Source: Phoronis australis
Lineage: Eukaryota > Animalia > Phoronida
Reading direction: 5' to 3'
Length of the DNA stretch: 64,000 nucleotides
Assembly (NCBI GenBank): GCA_002633005.1
Contig: NMRA01000138.1
Location: 124,001-188,000, forward strand
In this document: in pieces, positions 39,501 through 54,500 of the stretch
Position numbering within the stretch: the first letter of the stretch is position 1
Layout of the letters: each line of letters starts with the position of its first letter
The notes under the pieces: model-generated
What the model was told of the DNA's origin: nothing
Seen by the model: the letters and a program-made list of their open reading frames with translations, nothing else
The model's database searches: none
Position numbers and translations under genes: made by a program

Positions 39501-42500
39501 AGCAATGCGACATGACATCAGTGTTAAGCCCTCCTAGTCACACTGAGGTGTGGGTGGGGCTGATAAAAGGTTGTTAGTTGCAACAGCATTAGGTATTTAT
39601 TTATCAATAGATTCAATTCATGGGTTAAAATCCGTTTATACTTAAGTTTTCTGTAAAATGAGGTGATTATGTTACCTCAAAGAAGATGAAATTGAGACTG
39701 CGAACATCAATGTTCTTTTATTGGATTAAAATGTCTCGTATAAAACAGAGCAGTGCACAGTTTTTGCAGGTATCTCTTTAGAGTGCTGTCCACACACAGA
39801 CTTACCCTAGAACAAATGACTCTCACTAGGTTTGCGGCCTGTGTGCATGCCATTTAAAGTAACTTACCCCACTAGTGACAACTTGCCCCACCTTATCGAG
39901 GTAGGGTAACTTGTTCTAGAGTAATGTGTGCCACTTCAAATCGCTGTGCCTCCGCAAAACTGGGGCAAGGCGGGAGTAATTATCAGCTGCTTATTCACAT
40001 CAGCTGTTCATCGTCATGCACAGAATGGCATTTTTTGCCTTACCCTAGATACAGGATATATATGTGTGTGGACGCTCCACTTTAAAATAGGGTAAGTTGT
40101 TCTAAGGTAGCCTGTGTGTGTGTGTGCCGCGCTGTGGACTGAACTTCAAAAGAATGAAACAATGTATCCTTTTTGTGCAAATTATTGTACTTTTTACCAC
40201 TTGTCACTGTATTGTAACCTAAGTGACATTTTTGTTTCAAGTATGTAATTAAACCTATGGAAGTAGTGTATGTGAACAGTGCATGACAATCCTTCCCCTA
40301 TCTTCAACCCTTCTTTTATAATAACGTCATGCTAATTGTATGCCAATCACTACAACTTCCAGTTCAAAATAATCACTTGTTCAGTATGATTTATTGTTTT
40401 TGTAAGGAATGATATGTAGTTGGGGACGCCCACCCACATTCACTAATTGGTTTCTGGGTAAATAAATGTATCAAAAATTTTAAAAGATGTGCATAATTTC
40501 CTATCCCACTGTTACATGTGAACTAGATGACTGCCATGTACAACTAATCTGGGTGCCTTTTGAGAGCAGTTCAAAAATCATGCATGAAGTCTGGCACAGT
40601 CATACACCAAAAAGTGGACTACTGTATGTAGACAGGCTTTAGTGTCCAATAAGCAACCATTCTTCACTTGTTTTCCATTTAACTAATTGCCAAAACTGTC
40701 ATTTTCTATTTTTCTAATGCTGATTACCCTACAATCAAAAATGGAAATTTTACCTAATGTAGTTTTATGTCATCTCCTCAGCACAAGCCAAGCTAACAGA
40801 AGGCTAACATTTAATTAATCTGCATTTTTGTTAAGAAATTTTGACAGAGTAAAATTTCTCTTGTCCGCCATATTGTGAGCTAAATAGATGAAAAGTGATA
40901 GTAGCATCTATTGGTAAACTGGTATGAATTGACTCAGAAGCAGCCACCCCTGGGGGCAGGGAACACAACAGATGGTCTGTGATTTCTCCACTCATTAACC
41001 CCCCATCATCAGAAACAACTCAACACTAACAATATTACGCAATCAGTCATGGCTACTTCAGGTCTGTTTGTATTCAGATACACCCCTTAAATCATAAGTT
41101 ATTCTAACAGGGTGATCCACCATCACAGTGTGCACAATTTGAGTGGCATTATCTCTTGACCTTAGTGCATCTTATCACTCCCAAGGTAAATTGTTGGATG
41201 TGCTATCCAAGATAACTGGTCCCCGCTGATAAGGCTAATTGAAGGTGTATGCACCCACGCCTAACTAATGACCACTTTGAATACTTATGAAGGACTATGA
41301 TAAACTACTATAGTAAGACATTTGTCGGGAATTTCATTTAGACAAAGCTTGTAACACGAGCGGCTACTGATCGTTTTCAAATGTAATGTGGTACGGTTGT
41401 TGGCTTGTAAACATCCGCTGACATCACTGAAATCTTGGAGAAGTGTATAAACCTGGGTTGTGTTCGTTAAATGCAACAATGTAGCCAATAAATGGGTGTC
41501 CGTTAGTGGACATGGTGTGGGATAGTGGACATGGGTGTGCGTTAGTGGACATGGTGTGGGATAGTGGACATGGGTGTGCGTTAGTGGACATGGGTGTGCG
41601 TTAGTGGACATGGGTGTGGGTTAGTGGACATGGGTGTGGGTTAGCGGACAAGGGTGTAAGCATATTGAGCTCAAGTGACAAGGGATGATTTTCAATCACA
41701 TAGTTACAAACTATCACCAAATTTTGTATGTCACAACCATCCCATAATGCATTTGAAAACGGACAGCAGCACCATAGATGAAATACCCCCATCTTACGAT
41801 GTTATCAAGCAATGGATAGGCAATCAACTCTTATTCAAACAAAAAAAATACCCCATGACAGACAAAACACAAATCACACATAGTGAATGTTTCTCAAATT
41901 ATCAATGCTGATATAAATTTTCAGTATTTACATACAAGACCAAGTTTCTGTGATTATCGAAATACAGTAGCTGAAATGCAACTTGTCACTAGATGGCGAT
42001 AGTTTAGTAGGTGGACAACATTCTGCATCCTTGTATGGATTTAATGCAGGGAAATATTTCATATTATTTTTATAAATTCTTTGTGACCATCATGCTATTA
42101 CATTGCCATTGTATGATACAGCAGAAAATTCAAATGAAATTCACTCAAAAGAACTTCCAAACTGCATGCACCCCAGTAAAAGATAGAAAAATTGCATTTT
42201 TTTATCAGACAAAGCCGTCACTGAAAACTAATTCATCAAATCAGCAGAGTAATTCATCACACAAGCCCAGCCAGCCATCACGTAAGTGATAACGCAACAG
42301 AAAAGGGCAAAAATGGTGGCAACTAGCTGGGGAGGGAGGGAAATTTGCGAACACGCTGCTAAAATTCACCAGTCAGAAGGTACAGACACCTTTCCACCCC
42401 AAGTTAGTGAAGTTTCTGGTTATTCAAAAAACCTTGTCTGAGCAATATTTCCAAAGCAACAAATCTGCCATTGAGCATTTCTTTATTCTAGAAATTAAAC

Positions 42501-45500
42501 ATGCATCACTGCATGGTGTGTGAGGCTTTATTACGCCACATACTGACACAAGTCTGAAACCAACAGGTAATGTCCCAGATACAGCGTCTGCGGACCATCC
42601 ATCAAATGTATGGGAAAAGGTACTCAATGCTGATAATGCTGAATGTCAGGTAGTCAGTCACAGGTGAGATGACCTGGCAAATTGGTTGTGTAATGTAGCT
42701 CAAAAGGAAATAGCACTTGATTTACAGAAAAGTGCCCATGTTCTAATTAATTTTAGTTGTACAGTAGATTTATATCGTATGGACATTGCCAGATAAATAT
42801 TGAGAAATAAAAAATGACATTGGATCAAACAACACTAAATGCTGAACTATATGAACTCAACCTATACACTGGTAGAAGAAATCATATTTAACAGGAACCA
42901 ACAACTTATACATTTCAAATGTATTTTCTGTAGGCACATTCCAAGAATATGCAAACTAAGTTGTCAATGCGGTATTAGCAAAAGCCCTCATAATGACATC
43001 TAATGACACCAGATCTGGGCTACAAATCCCCCAAATACAAATTATTCTTAACATCACTTGCTGAAGTACTCAGTTACCTTGACCACATTAGAAAAGAAGT
43101 TGATAAGATATCAACAGAAATGTGATAGAACACTTTTAATTAAGATTGATAGGTAAACCCTCACCTCTACCAGTTTTATGCTAGAACAAATACAAATCCC
43201 AGTTCAATCTAAGTTTGTCACCGACAGTATGATGCTATAGCAAAAAGAAAATTCAATTAATGTCATCAACTTATTGGCTGGTTTCCAAACTAATTTACAT
43301 GGCAATATGTTCCTCTGCCAAAGTAATCGTTCATAAGCTCAAAAAGTTAACACCAGCGGTTACTTTTTCACAGTAGCACGGTTTAAAAATACTGATTTAA
43401 GAGAGTTAATTTCTGTATTAAAAGGATAGCCAAAAATGTTCTTTTACGAGATAACATTCAAATGGACTTAGAGTAAAGACCCCCAGAGCATATTATAGAA
43501 AAAGGATAAGCCCCAGATTTGATGCTCAGCCCCCCACAAAGAGCATGGAAATAAATACAACTGGCAATAACGCAGATAACATAGTTACCATCAATTTTAC
43601 AGTAAGTGAAACAGAATGTGTTAAATATAACGATAATTTACCTTAAGATGTGCATTTTGTATATAGAATCTCTCAAAGTAATCGTTACGATAACACCCTG
43701 CAACTAAAACGGCATTAAGACGCAACAAAGATCATAGGCTATGAAAAATGCCTACTTAATATTCCATTAAGGCAAATGAAAAACTTCACAGCACTCTATT
43801 AAATGGAGTTCCCGTCGAGCCGGTTGGATGCAAGACCTGGATAATGCTGATCACGAAGTGAACAGTGCTTACTTCTTGCTACAGTAGTTGGAGAATATAG
43901 GTTTATATTGAGAATGACATAGTATCATACTCCTAAATTGTGTTGAAAATGAAAGAACATACGTGATCAAAAGTGATTTTTTTTTAATTCCAGGGCATTA
44001 TTAAATTGAAAAGCAGAGCTAAAATGAGATCAGCAACTGGTAATAAAATTCAGTTATAACAGGAACCATTTTTAACAAAGCTCCATGTTGGAAGAGAAAA
44101 CGGTTAAAGGCTTTCACTTGGGTATACTGCAAAGAAGTTTGCCCTTGCCATGGTCTAATTATAGAAATCCAGTAACATTGGACACCTTATCCTCCAGGTT
44201 ACCTTATAACAGTTGATTAGACAAGGCATGTGAAAAAAGTAAGCCATTAACTTGTATAATGGCAAGAATTTCTGGACGAGTGGTTACATCACTATAAACA
44301 ATAACGGTAATTTGCTCAATGTGGAAATCAAAGGGAGTAGTTTGTTCACTACCAATAAAAGGTCTTAGCGGTCAATTTGATTAAGGGGTCGTTTTTACGC
44401 ATTAGTTAGTTAACAGTCAATAGATCAATTGCTAATCAATAGGATTAGTTAGAAATATAGGTGTAGTTTAATTAATCATACAGATGCGCAAGGCTAAAGA
44501 TATTTGTTAGTCAGCACTACATTAAATATGGCAGCTTGTAATCACTTTAGTCATGTAAACAAGACCAGGATTACACAGGGGCGGAATGAACTTTTAGTCA
44601 ACAAAGCTATGTTCAGACTAACATCATTCCAGATTTCATGTTAATATTCCATGTAATTTTGCTATTCTTTGGGCGATTCCATAGGTTCACTTTTCTGAGT
44701 ATTAGCTGTCTGTTACAGTCAACTCCACAACATCTTTTCTTTTATATAACAAAAATACCAAAAAATTCCCATCTTTGTTAAGTCTACAAAAGATTAAAAT
44801 ATGAGATAGTTCTACTAAGTCTTGTGAAAAACATAGGGGGCAAATACTGTGAAATCGCCATAGCAACAGAATATTTTGTCAAATTTAAGTTTTTCTAACC
44901 ATTATTTTGATGCACAAGATATGATAATTTCAACTTAATACTGTACTCATTCTATCCACGAATCAAACAACAGAACTCTTGTTTTTCCAGTACGCCATTT
45001 CCATCTTGTTTTTCTACCCTTCATACACAATTGAGCACTAATCTAATAATTCCTCACCATTGTTACTCGGCAATCCCCAGGGTGTCATAAAACCCACAGG
45101 CTTTGTGTTACTAATTGCATCTTTATTTTAAGTGTAAGCCTGCCAGACTACATTGAACATTACTCTCTACTCATTAAACACGCCATATGGATGTTTTTTA
45201 AAGAACGGTGCAAGGATAGAAGAAAAGGAGACCACAGCAGTTAATCTTCATTGTACGCTATACGTTGTGCGAAATACATAGCTTTACACTCTAGTGGGAA
45301 TTATGCCTTGCATCTTTAATGATTTAAAGCACATTTGTTCCGTCAATTATGTTAATAACTAGTGCTGACTTTCAAAAGTCATTTAAAATGTAATATATCA
45401 CGCAATGACAAATCGCTTAGTGACTAAAAAGTATTTATAAAGCATTCACAAAATAGCACAGCAAACAGTCGACCATTTTACTAGCACCGGATCATTCTCA

Positions 45501-48500
45501 CACAATAAATACTCAAAAACTGATTCGAAATTACTAAAATTGACCACTTATCAGGAAATATCAAGATTGGTCCATTTTGCCATTCAAGCCAACATCACTT
45601 GATACATTATTCCCAGTGAGCAGTTAATTGCTATCATTTCGCTTCAGCTCTAGTAAGATTAGAAGACAATGAATAACAACCGACCATATCCACAACAGTC
45701 TACCTCATTATGCCGGCCATACAGGGCCAATCATACATTAATTAGCAAGTTATAGCTCAACAGCACAGAATTAGTCAATGACATAACAGCTATTTTAGCC
45801 AAATTAAAGGCAAATCTGTCATTACTTATCTGCAAAATTGGGGGTTAAAACATCATGAGCAACTAGACGCTTTGGCATCAAGATAGAAGGAACTGAATTT
45901 GGTGTTTTTGAAGAAAATGTAACATCACAAATCAAGTGTTGAGAATACGGAACAAAAAGTGACAGTCCGAGTTTGTAATTCTACTGCTGCCACTGTAATC
46001 ACTTGGTTGTAATAAGTACGGTACACACTTACTGAGCAAAGAGGAATTTAAGTGAGCATCAATATATCCATCTAAAATTATACTTATATCAATATTGTGG
46101 TTCAAATGAAACCTGAAAAAGGAAAACAATTGAAGCTTTACTGGGTCACACTTGAGAGCAAAAGGCTATTCTCAGTGAATAATTAATTAAGTGATTTACA
46201 AAACAACATCAAATACCTATACTTAAATCAAAAGAACGATGGGCAATTTCTGAAAGAGCCCCCACCCTGTATGGGTTAGACAAGCAAAAGAAGATAAGTA
46301 CATTTAACAGAGACAGTTTTATCAGAATCGTCACATGCTAAAGATAATGTATTTAACATTTAGAAATATTAAATATACATGCAGCCAATATTTACATTTA
46401 TGGAAACATTACCATAACCGACAAGTCTCATCACTAGGACTCTGAGAGAATCATCCAAGTGCTGGTCTAATTCAGGGATTTTTACCAGGTCGCCAAACAA
46501 AATGTAAGGTCGTGTTGCAATTATTGAACACCTCTTTCTAAGGAAAAGTTCCAAATTCACTGAACATGAGTATAATTTGATGCAATTTTAAGCAAAATTT
46601 CCGCAACTGCTCATCGGGTACTTGCTTCAATGGTATTGCCTCCACTATGTGTCCAGTAGTTGGTAGCATGGCATTTGTCACACCGAACATATTCAAATCC
46701 AGTTTATCAGCACAGTATGCAGCTTTTCAAAGCGACACATGGGCGGCGCACCACAGGGGCCTGGTTGGGGGGCTAAAGCCCCCACTTCTTTCAGTGCTAC
46801 GCCGTACATGGTCTATAGGTGGTGTACTACAGGGGAGCTGAGGGAGCTTTAGCCCCCCCCACTTTTTTCAGTGCTGCGCTGCCCATGCGACAGCCAGTCA
46901 GGTTGAAGCCAAAATGGAAAACAGCGAAAAAAACAAGTGCACAAAAGCTGGTTGACCTATGGGACAAAAGTCATTGCTTGTATGATATAACAGACTTTAG
47001 CAAAGGAGTAAAAAAATGAACATTAAGTACATGTATGGTACATCAGGTAAATGTGAATTCGAGATTAATCTCTATATGATAATGCTTGTTGGATGTCAAG
47101 AAAGTTAGGGTTAATCTATACACCACAAGTCTAGTGACAGGGTCATACAAACTTTGCTGAGGCCAATTTCTGCCACTCGACATGCAAGTTTCAGGTCAAA
47201 TACGTTAGTTTGAGGGTTCCATGCAACTGTGACAATATGTCCTAGACAAAACTGTTGAGTGTGAACAGCCCGGCAGCTAACCCAATGCTCAGCAACTCAC
47301 AGGAAACTGTAACTTGCTATTGTTGAACACTGATGTAACAGTATGATTTGCTGGGCATGGATAAAATCCCTATGCAACCCAGCCAATATTGAACAAATCC
47401 CAAGCACAATGAACTAGGTAGCACAATGGTCACAGCAGCTTGTTGAACTTGAGGACCTGGTCAAATTTAAATCACAAAACCTGACTCAAAGAAAACACAG
47501 AATACATTCAAACAAGTGCTATCTGTAACAATGGTTGTCTTTTGAATATTAGGTCAACAGATACCATGATGTTACATTATGGTCTCACCAACACAACACA
47601 AGATGGTGAATCTGAGACTGAACAGCTGATCAAATTCAGAGATCAGATGACATTGCTATATTAGGTGATGAGCTAGCCAGGATCATGGTGGTGCATTATG
47701 GGAATATGGGACAGCTGGTTCATGATGCAGGCACACTCTTCACATGAACAACCTAATAACAGACAAAGCCTTAAAATGTATTGACTTATTATATTGAGTG
47801 GCCTGAAATATTACCACAGACATCAGGGCAGAAAAAGTTTAAAGACAATGATTTCAATTGTAGGGGTAAAGTAAAATCATATGCTACTCATAACATGTGT
47901 GCTTACGGTATCAATTATTTCCAACTATTGACTTATAAACATTTAGCAAAAAAAGAGAGAAACCCTTGCATATTACCCAATGCGACAGTAATCCACCAGT
48001 AACTTACAAGTGAATTCTGGCCAAGCACAGACATACTGTACAACAACTAGGCAAACTAAGTTTTTACTCTCACTGCAGGTTGCTACAGTTACAATTTGAG
48101 GAAACTGTAGACTGAGTCAATCTGACTCAACAAGAGATGACAGTTCACAACAGCCAGTGTGCCATAAAAATGCCATAACTGAGCAGAAGTGACATTCATT
48201 ACAGGGGACACAGACTAGTCATAGTCATTGGCAAATCCAGTGTATGACAGGAAGCTAAAGCTGGTCACAAGGTGCATGCAGCAGAGTAAGGCTACTCACG
48301 AGACAATGGTGTTGAAAATTGCAGGATTATACGACAGAAATTGAGGAAAAAACACCGCAACAGTTTGTTACAAAGGTCCGGGATTTTGAGAACTAGTTTG
48401 ATGCCCATTTTATTCAATGAAGGAAACTGGTTCTTGAAATTAGACATGCCTGTTAGTGTCTATTACCTATGCTATTGCACAAATAAAGTGTCTGTACCTG

Positions 48501-51500
48501 ATAAGTCCTTTTTATTAAAAAATGCACCATTTCTGATGGACATTTTAAAAGCGATCGCCAAAATGACATCGCACTTCACTAGAGTAGAACCGTCGCGATT
48601 TTTACGACTTGCATGTTACATTTGTGGTTCTGTTTGTTGTGTATAAATAAATTATTTTGTCCACTTACTTCCAATTCTTGTCTTCCATTGTATAGCATGT
48701 TTCATGCAATGACAACAGAGAGCAGTCCTGGACGGTCAAGGTAAGACCCACGCACTTAAACCTTACGGTTACAATTAAATGAGTCGCAGAGACTCTAACA
48801 TAAACATCCCAAACACAAAAAAAAACATTTATTTTGTCAAGCAACCCATTAATTGCTCTCTGATTCAGAACGTGACAGCATGCACCCATGCAGTTCTACT
48901 CATGTTACGGGACTGCAATTCGACGTGAAGCTTGCATGCGCGTAGTTCTACATAGTTGATACGTGACAATTAATAGCTGAGGTGCAATCCAAATGGAGCG
49001 CTGCACGGTCACTGATAGTCTTGCATATTACAGTCAAATCAGCTCTAACAAGTGAGGCTCATCCTAGGAAAGCACGGTACTATTACTCCGAAATTTTATT
49101 TATTTATTAATGTTAGACTAATCTGAGGTCAACATTACCATTGTTGAGAAAATCTACTGTTAATAGAATATCTTTTATCCATTTCCGCATTTGCTGTCAC
49201 CACTGGCTATGAAAAAATGGGATTTTTGAGCACCGAACACTGCCAAGTAAATGAACCATGTGAACCAAATATGTATATTTGTAAAATTCTGGCCATCCAA
49301 AAGACAGCCAAGTTGCCACCATTGTATAAGCCTCCGGTGACAATGCATCTAGATTCTGTTAAACAAACATCAGAGACTTGGTTTGCTTCTGTATCTAGAA
49401 TGCAGCAAGGAAAATGTTAGTTTCATCAACAAATCATAATAAAGGACAAAGTGAAACAAATGTTTGTAATGTTCATGGGACTTGCACTTTCTAAAATCTT
49501 CAGTCAATGATAAACAACTAAAAACACATTTTGTATGGTCTACCAGATGTTCCCTATTGACTCAATGTCTGTTCTGATTATCACAAAAAATACTACTATA
49601 TCAACCACAACCATATTTAAACAGACAAGATGTGCCATTAGACACTGACACAGTCTATAATCAGCCATCAGGGAATACCTGGGGAATCCCACAGCGGCTT
49701 TCTGTTACTACTACATATACTGTAATGAATACAGTACAGGAATTGATGAAATGATATGCACTCCAATGACAAAGTTATCTGTGCAAGTGTTGACTTAACA
49801 TGATTAATTACCATTTGGGATTATAATCAAAGACTGTCATTAGAATTAAGATCAACAGTAATTAGAAGAAAAAGTTAATTAATCACGTCACAATATGTCC
49901 CCACTTAAGTGACCAACAGCAGCTCTTTGTTCTGCCTATTCAAGGGGCTTTAAGAACCATAAGTATTTTGTTACTGGGACAATCAGTAACAACACTGAAA
50001 TATTAAGTTTGTGGGAAGCAATCACCGAGTATAACTATAAAAGGGAGTTTGTACTTGACAAAAAGCATTTGCTTCAAACCTACTAAGAAAATTTAACAAT
50101 ACCAGCGAAACGGTGAAAGCTACAGTGTATAGATTTACCCCTGTGGTGATATTAAATATTCATGGCCCCTATTTATCACTTCCTGCGCATCATTTAAACA
50201 AGTGTGCTTCACACAAGTAAAATCTGTTCATATCTCAAAATATTGTTATAAAACGTCTAGTTCTGAATAATGCTGACTAGGGAAGGACTATCTGATCTGT
50301 TTGAAACAATTCAATATAGTCTGCTATTACAGACACAAACAATTGAAATAGTCTACCATCGATGAATCCACCATGACACTTGCACCATTATGCGACCTGC
50401 ATTGGCACTTAAATCATCATGACAATGATCAAACTACTCCGAAAGAACGAACAGAAGAAAAGTGACAAGTCTGTGAGCTGTGGGGGAGTAAGTGCTACAT
50501 TGCAGAGAGAATTTTCAAATGTCCAAAAATTTGGCACCTATTGGGAAGAAAACGTGAAGCACCAGTGATAACAGTAAACAACATTTGTCAGTGCGCACTC
50601 TGGTGTCAATGTTCATATACTGACCCTGAGGGAAGTGTGCAAAGTACGTAACCTTTTGCATGTCACAACGTGCAATTGCGCCCATTTCTGTCGCGAACAG
50701 TGCTTAAATTATGTCCAAACGGAAATCTGCTGAACCGCTATGTTCTGCCAAGCTGAATTACAAGCCAAAATACTGTGCAATTATCAGAGTGGCGTCACTA
50801 AGGTCAAAACAGCAAGGCACCATGAATATGGAGGATTTGGAATCAATACCATTTAACAAAACTTTTCAATTTAAAACTACTGCTACAATGCACTATGTGA
50901 CCACAAAAATGCACCTTAGCATAACTTTGACATTAATTGTTATTTATAACACAACTTTAAATAGTGCACATTGGAAATAACATCAGAACTCCCAATAAGG
51001 AGACACTATGCAACATGTTTACAGATTAATGACAATCCAAACAAAGATAATATTACATTCATAAATCCTGAAATAATTTGATACATGCTGGAACCATTCA
51101 AATTGTTGGTGGAAGTGTGGATTAAAGTTCATCTATAGCTTAAACAAAGAGACAAAAGACCATTCATATAACAAGTTAAGTAGCAACCAATATGGTTGTT
51201 GGATCTAAATGAAGCTTTTAACACAACTGACCAGATGAAATGGATCAAGTTCAATGGAGTCCTTCTAGTGTTACACCAGCACAGAAGCTTTATGAAGCTG
51301 AAAAGGCACTCAACCATGTTTTCAAAACAATCTAATTCATAAATTTGGGTGTAGTTTTGTTGTAAATTTGCTTGGGGAATATCTGGCCAGGAGCCATACT
51401 ATGTACTACAATACAACCTTTACATCACCACTAAAAGTGTACTGATTGCAATCACATCCAGCTATTGTTAGTGAAACAATGGAATTGAACAATTTGTTCT

Positions 51501-54500
51501 GAAGTTGGGCAACAATGCAACTGACACATGTACAGTATGTTGCTCACTTATTCTATGCAATCACCACAATTCCTCTAGCCAACTGTTATGAATGAAATAT
51601 TCTACCTGCACTTGACTTTTTTAATATTAGCACACTCGCAGGTATCACTTTTGCATCATATCCTGGTTTTCATTGACTCCCTTACGTACATTCACCGCTA
51701 CCTACCGTATCTCTGATTGTCACATGATAAGGTGACAGATACTTTCTTGACACCACAGCCTACAGTACCCAAAAAATACCTGTTTTGGTGGGATTCCATC
51801 AGTTGGGGTTGTGACGTTTCATTGTCAATCTCAACTATAAATTTTTATTTGATTCTGCCAAGTGTCGCTCTTCAGAGCGCTTTCATTTTGCAGTGTCGGT
51901 TTTGCAAAAAAAGATTAACATAATACACGTTGGATAAACACACCTCACTGATATACCAGTACAAGAATTGCGAGAAAATACCTTTAACCAAAACAGTAGA
52001 GCAAAATGCACGCATAAGGCCTTTTCATACTGACTTAACTCCGGTCTGAGCGGAGTGTCGACGTAAACTGTGAAGTTAACTAAACCGTTCATACTGGCTT
52101 CGGTAGTTACGAATATTGAAGTAAAAGGTAGGTGACGCTGCTGTCATCGAAACAATCGCAAGGTAGCGCTGTACGCTATTTTTTTAATGTGACAATTTGG
52201 GAACATTTACATGGGCTAATTGACATAAAACTTATTTTTAATTCGATTGATGATTATTGGAGCAAAATATAAGCAACTATTAGCGACGACACTACTCTTT
52301 AATGGCTGACAATAACAGTGGCACCTGGCATAACTTCGATGGGACCAAAGTTGACCGTTCACACTGCACCACAACGTCGACGCTCCGCTATTAAATCCAC
52401 CTATTTAGTGCGATGTTAACTGGCGCTGTTAACTTCGATACAGGACCGAAGTTAAGCGTTCATACTGACCGCAACTCCCCAAAACATTGACGCACGATGT
52501 TAGTATGAAAGGCTCTATAAACAAAATCCAGGGACGTCATAAAATATTCACCAATTCTGGACAAAATTAATTGCCAAAATTGGCCGTCCTTCATTTTTCA
52601 AAGGCATCTACTGTTATGAATGTCTTAAGTTTCTCCAAACATATGGTATAGAACTAAGACTGGTGAAGCCTCTTTTTTTGTGACAACTTATTTTTAATGA
52701 AAAAAGTGAAGAAACAAAATTTCATTTGTTTGCCATTTTGGTCCTCAATTGGTGAGATGTTATCGTACATGCCATGCACCATTCGCAGTTTACCAAAACA
52801 CAAACAAAACAACAGTGCAGCAGTGATGCCTCTAAATTGCAAGAAATTAGGATGTTTGGTTAGTTACAGTACCAGATCAGTCTAAAATTAACTTTCAACC
52901 TGCATATTCAGTAAATGTAAGACTGAGATCAACTTTCAGAGTGAGCCTGGAACAGCCTGTATTCCACAGCAAAAGCACAGCAGCATAGGTCCCAGACAAA
53001 ACAGTACACCTTATAAAAATATTGACCAAGCATAAGCTTGTAAAGACCTGGTATTCCAGAATCCAAAGTAACATAACAGATCTTTTATTTTTAAATTACG
53101 TAATTAATTGTCCTGACCTACTATCCTTTCAGGTGAGTGACTAAAGAAAATGTGCTTGGCAAATACCAATTTGTATTTTCAACCTCTGCTGTTTATAATC
53201 CATCAGTCAGGTGCATTTCTGTGCAGGTATTCTCACTCACCTGACAGAGTTATGTACCGTGCACCACCCAACATATGACATCCTGAGTCATTTGCTATGG
53301 TATACTGGCAAATCCTATTTACTTAGCATTACCACTGTACTACCAAAATGGTGGCTAAAAACAAGGTGGTGTAAATGTAAAGTGGCGCTTTCTGTTTTTT
53401 GCTGATTAAATGTGTAGTTTTCTGACACAAAAACAAGTTCAGCAAAACCTTATGTGATACTGCGGAGGTCATAACAAACGCACATTGCAAGTTGACATAG
53501 CGAAGAGTAAGATAAGTGACTGACGGAGAATTTAAAAGAACTCTACAACAAATCGTTAATCTCAAAATCTCCTTTAATCAGTATAGGTTATTTGCAACTG
53601 TTTGATATTTGACCGACTATCATGACCTATTGACGAGAATCGGTAAATCAAATTGGGATTATTTACCACGGACAAAACGTACGGCAATCTAGGCTTTCAC
53701 AGAAGGTAAACATCGACTTTGGTCCAAATCTTTCCACAAAGTTCGAGTACAAAGCGAAGAACGTAAGGGACTGGCGAGGCTGCTAGGAAACACAGTCGTT
53801 GATATCGTTAGAACTTTATCAGGGGAAGGGCAAACAAGGCTTACCACAATAAATGGGAAGGTGGAAATTCTCACATTTCCTTTCTGTTTTATTTATTTTG
53901 AATACTTCTCTCAGAATCATGCTCATATGGAAATGGTGTCAACAAAGTAAACGGAAATGAAACCTTCAAATAAAAGAATCTGAATGAGATTGATAACGGA
54001 TTGTACAATTATTGTAAGCTTCTGACTTCTGAGAATACATGAAATTTGATCTCTATTTCTGTGTAACCTAAATGTTGTTTCTTCCTTGGTTCATACATGT
54101 TTTGAACACCTTAATCCTGAAATCTAACATCTATAAGACATTTTTTCAAGTATCTCAATGTAGAACAATACGTTAACAGCAGGCGATATCAAACAGTTTC
54201 AAAATAAATGGTTACGTAACGAAGCATAAGCAGTGACCTCTTCTAGTATTTGCATTCAACTTCAAGTGAAATACAAATTATTTGACAATCGCTAAAGCAT
54301 TTGTACTGAATCTTCTTCAAAACCTGGTGGTAACAAACATTTATGTCATTCCACACAATACTCTGTGAGTCGATATGTTGACTTAGGCAGACATACAAGA
54401 GAAGAGACTCCCACTCTCTTGGTGTAGAATGGCAACTGTTAAAACATGAGCTTTATTCAAGAATCAAAGGCAAATCGCACATATCTATCCATCAAGCATT

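Noticed and set aside
12151-41657. Tandem arrays (12151, 18653, 23981, 35011, 41492) as CRISPR arrays
   Set aside because: Units abut with no unique spacers, no cas genes are present, and all lie in spliceosomal introns.
29968-42289. Similar short ORFs 29968..30153 and 42011..42289 as a small gene family
   Set aside because: The similarity reflects the shared interspersed repeat; both have non-ATG starts and the peptides diverge after the shared block.
53110-53245. Recursive splice site-like cctttcag/GTGAGT and its minus-strand counterpart
   Set aside because: The well-formed site is on the non-transcribed strand, and the two are inverted copies (tcaggtgagtga / tcactcacctga), more consistent with a repeat.
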